Positions 9,174-15,547 are shown, counted from the stretch's first letter. The stretch: DNA of 17,079 nucleotides from an uncultured Clostridia bacterium (GCA_947581755.1 CANPVN010000033.1:1-17079); one strand, 5' to 3'. The notes: generated from the sequence alone by a model not told the origin. Translations and numbers: made by a program.

Positions 9174-9725
9174 TTATTTGAAATATCTTTTCAAGAAGCC
9201 CTCAAACGCCTTGCCGTGGCGGGCTTCGTCTCTTGCCATTTCGTGAACGGTGTCATGGATAGCGTCGAGTCCGAGTTCCTTTGCTCGTTTTGCAAGATCC
9301 GTCTTGCCTGCGGTTGCGCCGTTCTCCGCCTTTACTCTCATTTCGAGATTGGTCTTTGTGGAGTCGGTTACGACTTCGCCCAAAAGTTCGGCAAATTTAG
9401 CGGCATGTTCTGCTTCTTCGTAAGCAGCCTTTTCCCAATACATGCCTATTTCGGGATAGCCTTCTCTGAAAGCGACTCTTGCCATAGCAAGATACATACC
9501 TACCTCACAACATTCTCCGTTGAAATTAGCGCGCAATCCCTCGACAACATCCTCGGGAACTTCGGGTTTTCTGCCCACTCCGACAACGTGTTCGGAAGCC
9601 CAAGACATCTGTCCTTCGACAACTTCGACGAACTTCTCGCCCGGAGCCTTGCAAAGAGGGCATTTATCGGGTCTTACATCGGATTCGACGATTTCACCGC
9701 AAACGGTACATCTCCATTTTTTCAT
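9174..9725 (-). CDS. Rubrerythrin-family protein with an N-terminal rubredoxin-like Cys4 domain (CxxC…CxxC) and a C-terminal ferritin-like diiron domain (a reverse rubrerythrin arrangement).
   Basis: 183 aa. It has CTVCGE…CPLCKA at the N-terminus, and E…EEAEH and E…DEARH diiron ligand motifs in the C-terminal half. RBS AGGAGGA lies upstream. Confidence 0.85.
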   Translation of the reverse strand: MKKWRCTVCGEIVESDVRPDKCPLCKAPGEKFVEVVEGQMSWASEHVVGVGRKPEVPEDVVEGLRANFNGECCEVGMYLAMARVAFREGYPEIGMYWEKAAYEEAEHAAKFAELLGEVVTDSTKTNLEMRVKAENGATAGKTDLAKRAKELGLDAIHDTVHEMARDEARHGKAFEGFLKRYFK

Positions 9726-9765
9726 AAATAAAAATCCTCCTGAAAAATAAGATTTATCGGCTATA

Positions 9766-9794
9766 ATGATACCCTAACCCGCAAAAAATGTCAA
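9766..9794 (-). promoter_or_regulatory. Sigma70-like promoter for rubrerythrin: TTGACA -17 nt- TATCAT, read on the minus strand.
   Basis: The -35 element is the reverse complement of tgtcaa at 9789-9794. The -10 element is the reverse complement of atgata at 9766-9771. The spacer is exactly 17 nt, and the site is about 40 nt upstream of the ATG. Confidence 0.45.
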
Positions 9795-9854
9795 GTCTTT
9801 TCTCACCCCAACCCGACATTGTCGTTAAACAATCCCCGCCCTTATATTATATAA

Positions 9855-10062
9855 GGTCTATTTATTATAACAATCCCTTCAGTCGTGCATAAGCACGACA
9901 GCCACCCTTACTGCGTCGCAACAGTCGCTTTGAGACTCTCTTTTCGCTATCGCTAAAAGAGGAGTCTTTTATGCTCCGTTGCTCCTTTTTAACCGAAAAG
10001 ATAAACTTTTCGGTTAGTTTTTTTATAAGGTTGATTTATTATAATAGCCCCTTCGGGAAAAG
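9855..10062 (-). repeat. Mosaic element copy in reverse orientation: P remnant plus S hairpin gtcgtgc-ataa-gcacgac (9862-9900), H2 (9905-9975), H1 (9976-10030), P (10031-10062).
   Basis: Its reverse complement is nearly identical to plus-strand positions 20-146 of this window. Confidence 0.85.
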
Positions 10063-10084
10063 AATTAGCTATTATCTTCAGCGG

Positions 10085-10310
10085 CCCTGCCGCTGGCCGC
10101 CCTTGGCGTAAGCTAAGGGGGGGGCTGTCACCGAAGGTGACCGGGGGGATTTCGATTATGCAAATCCCCACGAACGCGGAAACCACGCTTGAAGTAAAAA
10201 CCGCCAAATCGCGAACTGTGCCCGCGGCGGCTCGCCGCCTCTTTTAGCGATAGCGAAAAGAGAGTCTCAAAGCGACTGTTGCGACGCAGTAAGGGAAGCT
10301 GTTGCCGCTT
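10085..10310 (-). repeat. Mosaic element segment: A-variant ggccgcccttggcg, hairpin gtcacc-gaag-ggtgac, P palindrome, variant X9 (10166-10239, ending in hairpin ggcggc-tc-gccgcc), and a partial inverted H2 (10239-10305).
   Basis: It is colinear with 13785-13930, where the hairpin is instead ggcaccc-tcc-gggtgcc and X ends in gcagcg-tca-cgctgc. Confidence 0.7.
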
Positions 10311-10320
10311 GTCGGCAACT

Positions 10321-10598
10321 GAAGGGATTGTTTATTTTATAATCCCCTCAGTCTCGTCGCAACACGACATTATGAGTCGCTTTTGCCGACAAGCGTCAAA
10401 AGTCTCCTCTTTAGGTCGGTTGCTCCTCTTTCGCCAAAAAGGTAAACTTTTTGACGAGGTAAGAAAAAGGTTAGATTGATTGGCGACAGCTCCCCTTAGC
10501 GGCAAAAGCCGCCAAAGGGAGCCAAGGCAGCGTGACGCTGCACCCAAAGTCACGAGATAGGTGATTGCTAATTCAAAGTTGATTTCCGCGTTCAAAGG
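10321..10598 (+). repeat. Mosaic element: P (10321-10350), H' block (10352-10483, hairpin cgccaaaaag-gtaaa-ctttttgacg), A (10488-10526), X3 (10527-10598).
   Basis: A near-identical P-H'-A block lies at 16216-16413. Confidence 0.85.
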
Positions 10599-10620
10599 TT
10601 GTACTAATATCTAATAAATA

Positions 10621-10955
10621 ATGCTCTTGACATTAAAAGCGTCGTGGAGGTTCGGAACCCCATCGCATCGTCGCAACTGTCGCTTTTGAGACTCTCTTTT
10701 TCGCTTTGCTCAAAAGAGGAGTCTTTTATGCTCCGTTGCTCCTCTTTCGTCAAAAAGGTAAACTTTTTGACGAGGTAAAAAGGTCGGATTGTTATAAACA
10801 ATCCCTTCAGTCTGCTATTAGCAGACAGCTCCCCTTAGCGGCAAAAGCCGCCAAAGGGAGCCAAGGGGTTGTGCGTACAACAGTCTCCGTTCGCGGAAAC
10901 CCTGTCGGAGTTAAAATTCAAGCAAATCGCGACTATGGGTGCAGCGTCACGCTGC
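10621..10955. repeat. Mosaic element cluster: module T (10621-10670; also found reverse-complemented at 16580-16640), a hybrid H2/H' block (10668-10790), P (10784-10810), S hairpin gtctgc-tatta-gcagac (10809-10825), A (10828-10866), and X4 in reverse (10884-10955), which abuts the cadA-like stop codon.
   Basis: The module order here again differs from the other copies. X4 ends 1 nt from the ATPase stop at 10956. Confidence 0.8.
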
Positions 10956-12923
10956 TTATTTATTATTCACATTCATTGAGTTCAAAATTGCAATCACAGC
11001 CACTCCCACGTCGCCGAATACAGCCATCCACATATTGGTTATGCCGAAAGCCGAGAGGATAAGGATAGCGGCTTTGACGACGAGCGAGAAGATAATATTC
11101 TCGTAGACGACGCGCATGGTTTTTTTGGCTATGCGTTTGGCGATGGGGAGCCCGTTGAGGTCGTCTCGCATGAGAACGACGTCGGATGCTTCGATAGCGG
11201 CGTCGCTGCCCACGCCGCCCATTGCGATACCTATATCGGAGCGCATGAGGACGGGAGCGTCGTTGATGCCGTCACCGACGAAGCAGAGAGCTTGGGAGTT
11301 TTGTTTTTCAGCGAGGAGTTTTTCGACCTCGGCGACTTTATCGGCGGGCATGAGAGAGGCTTTATAGCCGCTCAATCCGAGGGTGCGGGCGACGGAAGAT
11401 GCGATTTTCTCGTTATCGCCCGTCAGCATAAAAGTTTTGCAATTCATATTGCGGAGTTCTCGGATAGCCTGTTGAGATTCGGGTTTTATCTCGTCGGAAA
11501 AGAGCATGGAGCCGACGAATATCCCGTTATGCGCCACATAGACCACGGTGCCCGCGCCTTGAGTCTCGACGAAGTCTACATTATAAGCTCTCATCAATTT
11601 TTCGTTGCCGCAGAGAATGAGTTCATCGCCTTTTTTCGCGGCGATACCCTTGCCCGAAATATCGGAAAGGACATACCCATCCTCGACTTTTCCGTTGTAA
11701 GAAGCGACGATAGACCTTGCTATGGGGTGCGAAGAATCGCGTTCCGCGATGGCGGCAAGCCTCAAGATTTCCTCTTTTTTATCGGCGGGAGAGAGTTGCG
11801 AGAGCGCAAAATTTCCCTTTGTCAGCGTGCCCGTCTTGTCGAAAACGAAGATATTCGCCTTGTTGAGTTTTTCGAGATAGTTCGAACCTTTTACGAGTAT
11901 CCCTTGCCGCGAAGCCGCGCCTATTCCGCAAAAGAAGGACAGCGGTATGGAGATGACAAGCGCGCAGGGGCACGAGACCACCAAAAAACTCAACGCTCTG
12001 TACACCCAAGTCATCCAATCTCCCGTCACGAGCCCGGGAATCAAAGCCAACAACAGCGCTATTCCCATAACCGAAGGCGTGTAATATTTGGCGAAAACCG
12101 TTATAAAGTTTTCCGACTTCGCTTTTTTGTCGGAAGCGTTCTCCACAAGCTCGAGAATTTTGGAAACGGTGCTGTCGTAAAACGCCTTTTCCACGCGTAT
12201 CTCGAGTTGAGAGGTGAGATTGACGCACCCGCTTATGACTTCGTCGCCCGTAAAGACTTCCCGAGGAAGCGACTCTCCCGTCAACGCCTTGGTGTCGAGA
12301 CTCGAATTTCCCTTGATTATAACGCCGTCAAGAGGCACTTTTTCTCCGGGGTTTACGAGAATAGTCTCTCCGACAGAGACCTCGCTCGGATCCACCGTCT
12401 CGATTCCGCTTTCGCGCTTAACAACGGCGCAATCGGGACGAAGTTCCATAAGCGCGGAGATGGATCTACGCGAACTGCCCGTCGCGTATCGCTGAAACCA
12501 CTCGCCCGTCTGATAAAACAACAATACCGCGCACGCCTCGTCGAATCCCTCGAGTTCCATTCCGCTCACCCCTCGATATATCGCAAGCCCGAAAGCCCCG
12601 AAAGTGGCTACGCACATAAGAAAATTCTCATCGAAAATCTGCCCGTGCGCAATGTTTATCGCCGCCTTGCGGAATATGTCGTAACCTATGAATACATATA
12701 TCGCAAAATATAAGCAGAAAGGCAAAAGCCAACAATATCTCCCCGAGAATACTCCCCCCAAGTTTATCGCCTTGTCCGTCGCAAACAACGCGACAAACAA
12801 CACAAACGCAGTTATTATGCGAATGAGAGCGTTCCGCTCCCTTCTGCCGAGTCGTCTCCTCATAGCCTCTTGCTTGCCCCCTATCCCCGAATTATCCTGC
12901 AATCGGGCTCTACCTTGCGACAA
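10956..12923 (-). CDS. cadA: Heavy-metal-translocating P1B-type ATPase of the Cd2+/Zn2+/Pb2+ class (CadA/ZntA-like). As annotated here it lacks the N-terminal HMA domain.
   Basis: TM6 carries the CPC motif (VVSCPCALVISIPLS). It also has the phosphorylation site FDKTGTLT, the hinge GDGINDAP, and an actuator domain TGES. The maximal ORF starts at TTG 12923. The first ATG is at 12863 (MRRRLGRRERN…), preceded by AAGAGG, which would give about 635 aa. Confidence 0.85.
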   Translation of the reverse strand: MSQGRARLQDNSGIGGKQEAMRRRLGRRERNALIRIITAFVLFVALFATDKAINLGGVFSGRYCWLLPFCLYFAIYVFIGYDIFRKAAINIAHGQIFDENFLMCVATFGAFGLAIYRGVSGMELEGFDEACAVLLFYQTGEWFQRYATGSSRRSISALMELRPDCAVVKRESGIETVDPSEVSVGETILVNPGEKVPLDGVIIKGNSSLDTKALTGESLPREVFTGDEVISGCVNLTSQLEIRVEKAFYDSTVSKILELVENASDKKAKSENFITVFAKYYTPSVMGIALLLALIPGLVTGDWMTWVYRALSFLVVSCPCALVISIPLSFFCGIGAASRQGILVKGSNYLEKLNKANIFVFDKTGTLTKGNFALSQLSPADKKEEILRLAAIAERDSSHPIARSIVASYNGKVEDGYVLSDISGKGIAAKKGDELILCGNEKLMRAYNVDFVETQGAGTVVYVAHNGIFVGSMLFSDEIKPESQQAIRELRNMNCKTFMLTGDNEKIASSVARTLGLSGYKASLMPADKVAEVEKLLAEKQNSQALCFVGDGINDAPVLMRSDIGIAMGGVGSDAAIEASDVVLMRDDLNGLPIAKRIAKKTMRVVYENIIFSLVVKAAILILSAFGITNMWMAVFGDVGVAVIAILNSMNVNNK

Positions 12924-13102
12924 GTCTTTTCTACCTTTTTCATTATCTCCTCAAAACCGTCGTCATCCGCATCTATCGAAAGCCGCTGAGTCACAAAACT
13001 GACGCTCGCGTCCCTTACTCCCTCTATCTTGAGTATGCTTCGCTCCATCTTCGCCGCACAGTTCGCGCAGTCCAAATCTTCCAATCTGTATACCTTTTTC
13101 AT
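12881..13102 (-). CDS. Heavy-metal-associated (HMA) domain protein with a CadA-type CANC metal-binding motif. It is either a stand-alone metallochaperone or the detached N-terminal domain of the downstream ATPase.
   Basis: 73 aa: MKKVYRLEDLDCANCAAKMERSILKIEGVRDASVSFVTQRLSIDAD… shows a ferredoxin-like HMA fold pattern with CxxC (CANC). Its stop (TAG 12881-12883) lies 18 nt before ATG 12863 of the ATPase. It overlaps the maximal ATPase ORF by 43 nt in a different frame. Confidence 0.7.
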   Translation of the reverse strand: MKKVYRLEDLDCANCAAKMERSILKIEGVRDASVSFVTQRLSIDADDDGFEEIMKKVEKTCRKVEPDCRIIRG

Positions 13103-13172
13103 ATCTCTTTCCCGTCCTCCGTAATTTATTTCTTTTTAAGAATTTGTTTTTTTAACTTGAATAATCGTACTA

Positions 13173-13194
13173 TTGAGCAATCGTTCAATCGTTC
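13173..13194 (-). promoter_or_regulatory. Candidate ArsR-family operator or promoter region upstream of the HMA/ATPase genes (ttgaacgattgaacgattgctcaa on the minus strand).
   Basis: It shares TTGAACG half-sites with the arsR-proximal operator at 13597-13620. On the minus strand TTGAAC -17- ATTATT is promoter-like but weak. Confidence 0.3.
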
Positions 13195-13200
13195 GGCGTT

Positions 13201-13224
13201 AAAAAACAGGGAAGGAAGTCCCTG
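13201..13224 (-). terminator. Intrinsic terminator or attenuator immediately after the ArsR-family gene stop.
   Basis: On the minus strand, 5 nt after the TAA, the stem CAGGGA/TCCCTG with a 6-nt loop is followed by TTTTTT. Confidence 0.45.
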
Positions 13225-13229
13225 TGAAA

Positions 13230-13571
13230 TTATTTATCCTCGTTAACATGGGTGAGTCCGTACTCCATAATTTTGGTGACGTGGTCGTCATCGAGGGAAT
13301 AGCGGACTTCCTTGCCCTCTTTGGTGCCCTTGACGAGTTTTGCGCCGCGCAACACGCGGAGTTGATGAGATACCGCCGAAATAGTCATGTTGAGCGTGTC
13401 GGCAATTTCTCCTACATACATGTTGCGAATTTGCAAACAAGAAAGAATCTTTACGCGCGTGGAGTCGCCGAACATCTTGAACAAATCGGCAAGTTCGTAC
13501 ATCTCATCCTCACTCGGCAACGCAGCCGCCGCTTTGCCCGCTTTCTTTATATCCTCGACGCCTTCGCCCAT
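13230..13571 (-). CDS. ArsR/SmtB-family metal-responsive transcriptional repressor (CadC-like).
   Basis: 113 aa from ATG 13571 (MGEGVEDIKK…), with RBS AAGGAGAGAGG upstream. A winged HTH region (STRVKILSCL…VGEIADTLNMTISAVSHQLRVLRGAKLV…GKEVRYSL) is diagnostic of the ArsR family. The six-frame track extends the ORF to a TTG at 13592. Confidence 0.8.
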   Translation of the reverse strand: MGEGVEDIKKAGKAAAALPSEDEMYELADLFKMFGDSTRVKILSCLQIRNMYVGEIADTLNMTISAVSHQLRVLRGAKLVKGTKEGKEVRYSLDDDHVTKIMEYGLTHVNEDK

Positions 13572-13592
13572 AAGCCCTCTCTCCTTTGACAA

Positions 13593-13653
13593 ATATTTGA
13601 ACGTTCAATCAACTGTTCAATAATATTATATGCTCTCCATTACCCCATGTCAA
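13593..13653 (-). promoter_or_regulatory. Sigma70-like promoter (TTGACA -17- TATAAT) plus a palindromic operator (TTGAACAGTTGATTGAACGTTCAA) for the ArsR-family gene. This is the classic autoregulatory layout.
   Basis: The -35 element is the reverse complement of tgtcaa at 13648-13653. The -10 element is the reverse complement of attata at 13625-13630. The spacer is 17 nt. ttgaacgttcaa (13597-13608) is a perfect 12-bp palindrome lying between the -10 and the RBS. It resembles the TGAACA..TGTTCA operators of SmtB/CadC regulators. Confidence 0.55.
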
Positions 13654-13689
13654 GCAAAAAATCAAAAAAACTCTAACCTTTTATGTGTT

Positions 13690-14098
13690 ATCCCACCCCG
13701 ACCTTATGCCTTGGTCCCCTTTGCTCCCTTTGGTGGCTTCGCCTTTCCTTCCTTCTCTCTTGGCTCCCTTTGGAGCCTTTTTCTTGGCCGCCCTTGGCGA
13801 CAGCTAAGGGGGGCTGGCACCCTCCGGGTGCCTGAGGGGATTTGTTGTTTGAACAATCCCTTGAACGCGGAAACCACGCCTGAATTAAAAGCAACCTCTG
13901 CCGCGACCATGGGTGCAGCGTCACGCTGCCAAAAGCGATATAAAAGGACGCATTGCGACGCGGATAAGGGGAGCTGTCGCCGTTTTACGGCGACTGAGGG
14001 GATTTGTTATTTGAACAATCCCTTGAACGCGGAAACCACGCCTGAATTAAAAGCAACCTCTGCCGCGACTGTGGCAGTGGCGGCTCGCCACTGCCGCC
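13690..14098 (-). repeat. Mosaic element cluster. It holds degenerate duplicated A modules (13716-13800), hairpin ggcaccc-tcc-gggtgcc (13816-13834), and two direct P-X units 155 bp apart (P 13838-13860 with X5 13858-13929; P 13993-14025 with X6 14020-14098). The two X copies end in alternative terminal hairpins.
   Basis: The two units are identical over about 75 bp (gaggggatttgtt…ctctgccgcgac) and then diverge: …catgggtgcagcgtcacgctgcc versus …tgtggcagtggcggctcgccactgccgcc. Confidence 0.85.
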
Positions 14099-14101
14099 AA
14101 C

Positions 14102-14134
14102 AAAAAAAGGACTCCCTTTCGGAGTCCTTTTTTT
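14102..14134. terminator. Bidirectional Rho-independent terminator that ends the minus-strand surface-protein operon.
   Basis: A perfect 7-bp stem GGACTCC/GGAGTCC with loop CTTTC is flanked by AAAAAAA upstream and TTTTTTT downstream. Confidence 0.65.
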
Positions 14135-14143
14135 GTTGGGTTA

Positions 14144-14317
14144 TTTTGACAATTCGACGGAAGATTGCCTTGTCTTGTCCTTTTTCTCGTTCTTTTGGGA
14201 GCGATGAGCAAAGAACAAGCATGCAAGCGCCGCGGCAAGCGCTACCGCATTAACAGCCGCAAGAGCGATCGCCGCGCCCTTCAATGTCGAAAACGCCGCT
14301 GCAATCAAGGTAAACAT
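14144..14317 (-). CDS. Small (58 aa) single-pass membrane protein with an Ala-rich TM helix and a Lys/Arg-rich cytoplasmic tail. It is not in the six-frame track because it is under 60 aa.
   Basis: Hand-translated from ATG 14317: MFTLIAAAFSTLKGAAIALAAVNAVALAAALACLFFAHRSQKNEKKDKTRQSSVELSK*. It starts 30 nt after the upstream gene stop and has a weak RBS AAGGGA. It ends just before terminator 14102-14134. Confidence 0.4.
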
Positions 14318-14346
14318 ATCTTTTCCCTTTTTCTTATCGCAAAAAA

Positions 14347-14856
14347 TTATTCGGCATCAACGGCTGAGGCAGTGAAAGTAAGAGTATCGGTGTAAGACTC
14401 TCCGCCCGTGGAATAGTTAGCGGCAGTATCTTTCATATTTGCTGTTAAAGTTTCAGATCCGGTTGGTGTTCCTGCTTCTACTTCAAGAACCGTATTGTTA
14501 GAATCGTTGTCTAAAGTGGTTCCGCCTTTTTTGAGTTCATAATCAAGTTCTTTGTCTCCGCTTTTTACTTTCCAGCCATTTGCGCTGCTTACGGTGACCT
14601 TTAATTTTTTGCCTTTCTCGATTTTGACTTCACTTGCAGAAACAGTAATCGGATCTTGTCCGCCGATAGTGATCGTTTCGGGAATTGTGACTTTCCAAGC
14701 ATCTTCTGCACTGTAAGTTACTGTCGTTGTGCTTGCGCCTTTTCCGTTATCGACTTTTGTTTCAGCCGAAGCGACGTTGACCGCGCCGAGCGATCCTGCG
14801 AGCGCCAACGAAAGCATAGCCGTAGCGCCCAGAAGTACCAAGTTCTTCTTTTTCAT
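14347..14856 (-). CDS. Secreted beta-rich surface protein with a signal peptide and a WxL-like C-terminal region (GWKV … YTDTLTFTASAVDAE).
   Basis: 169 aa. The N-terminus MKKKNLVLLGATAMLSLALAGSLGAVNVASA is a typical Sec signal. Good RBS AAGAGG. The mature part is Thr/Ser/Val-rich, which fits a beta-sandwich. Two W-K-V motifs and a C-terminal Y-T-x-T-L-T-F-T pattern resemble the WxL domain consensus (Y-x-G-T-L-T-W-T-L). Confidence 0.55.
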   Translation of the reverse strand: MKKKNLVLLGATAMLSLALAGSLGAVNVASAETKVDNGKGASTTTVTYSAEDAWKVTIPETITIGGQDPITVSASEVKIEKGKKLKVTVSSANGWKVKSGDKELDYELKKGGTTLDNDSNNTVLEVEAGTPTGSETLTANMKDTAANYSTGGESYTDTLTFTASAVDAE

Positions 14857-14908
14857 AAAAAATACCTCTTAAAAATTTATTATGACTCGGGATTTTTCCC
14901 GTTGCCAC

Positions 14909-15412
14909 CTATATTACAGTCAGCGCGACGACCGCGGAGACGTTGTTCGTGGGAGAAAGATCGCTCATGCGGTAAGGCTGCACCAAAAGTTGCGCCTTAT
15001 ATTCTCCCGCGGCAAGCCCGTGAGATAACGTCACCTGATAGATATGTTTGCCGGGCGCAACATAGCCCGTCTCGAAAAGGACTTCGGAGCCGCCCTCTCC
15101 GTCGGGGAGCGTCAATGTAAACGTCATATAGTACAGTCCGTTGTTCTCGATTGGGTTATAAAGATCTATTGCGACAGTTTCGAGTTCGGACAGAACAGTC
15201 AGTGTGGAGAATCCCGCCACGGTGACTCCCGGAGTCGAAGTTTGTCCTTGATTGGGTCGCTCGTCCGTTGCGTTCGGATCGAAAACGACGCCGCCCGTTG
15301 TCAGTCTCGGCTCTTCCATTCCCGCCACACAAAACAGCAGAATGACGTCGAACAGCAAAAGAAGGGCAAGCGTTATGGATGAAACTGTAATTAAAACTCG
15401 TTTTTTGTTCAT
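14909..15412 (-). CDS. N-terminally membrane-anchored (or signal-peptide) extracytoplasmic protein of unknown function. It is the first gene of the surface-protein operon.
   Basis: 167 aa. Strong RBS GGAAGGAG. One N-terminal hydrophobic helix is followed by a Pro/Thr/Gly-rich linker and a beta-rich domain. No recognisable catalytic motif was found. Confidence 0.55.
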   Translation of the reverse strand: MNKKRVLITVSSITLALLLLFDVILLFCVAGMEEPRLTTGGVVFDPNATDERPNQGQTSTPGVTVAGFSTLTVLSELETVAIDLYNPIENNGLYYMTFTLTLPDGEGGSEVLFETGYVAPGKHIYQVTLSHGLAAGEYKAQLLVQPYRMSDLSPTNNVSAVVALTVI

Positions 15413-15547
15413 GAGACTCCTTCCTCTTCTTCAAAAATATCGCAAAAATTCATTGCTCCCGAATTTTCGCCGTACAAGAAAGGCTCTTGTTAAGTCCTCT
15501 TTCCTTATGTTCTTCGGAAAAGTACAATATTAGTATACTAAAGTATT

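Noticed and set aside
9216-9731. A 171-aa plus-strand ORF antisense to rubrerythrin at 9216-9731, and a 473-aa plus-strand ORF antisense to the ATPase at 11292-12713.
   Set aside because: They are antisense shadows of genes with unambiguous motifs (rubredoxin Cys4 plus diiron sites; CPC/DKTGT/GDGINDAP). They have no RBS and no recognisable domains.
10621-10670. Module T might be a tRNA 3'-half or an integrase att site derived from tRNA-fMet, because of the shared GTCGTG.AGGTTC..A.CCCA stretch.
   Set aside because: The similarity is limited to about 20 nt with several mismatches. The T-stem complement and the acceptor 3' strand are not preserved. The downstream tcgtcgcaac belongs to the beginning of module H2, not to a tRNA acceptor end. 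The resemblance is kept only as a low-weight remark under the tRNA finding.
10956-10958. The idea that X4 abutting the cadA stop is part of the coding sequence, i.e. that the true stop is further downstream.
   Set aside because: The in-frame TAA at 10956-10958 is unambiguous. The C-terminal sequence …ILNSMNVNNK is a normal end for the last TM helix of P1B ATPases.
13858-14098. Integron attC-like sites, given imperfect palindromes with GTTC…GAAC ends (ccgcgttcaaggg).
   Set aside because: There is no intI gene. The R' core GTTRRRY is not matched (GTTCAAG has a pyrimidine at the first R). The copies occur in both orientations and are unrelated to cassette ORFs. The repeat-family explanation accounts for them better.
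13630-14253. A 207-aa plus-strand ORF and several minus-strand ORFs of 63-78 aa spanning the repeat island 13630-14253. Similar cases are 9989-10207, 10279-10595, 10604-10801, 10706-11062, 15964-16158, 16358-16561 and 16701-17030.
   Set aside because: All lie wholly inside family repeat modules. They share near-identical peptide fragments (…SLWRLLPLRGA.ANQSNLFLTSSKSL…) only because the DNA modules repeat. None has a credible RBS or start context.
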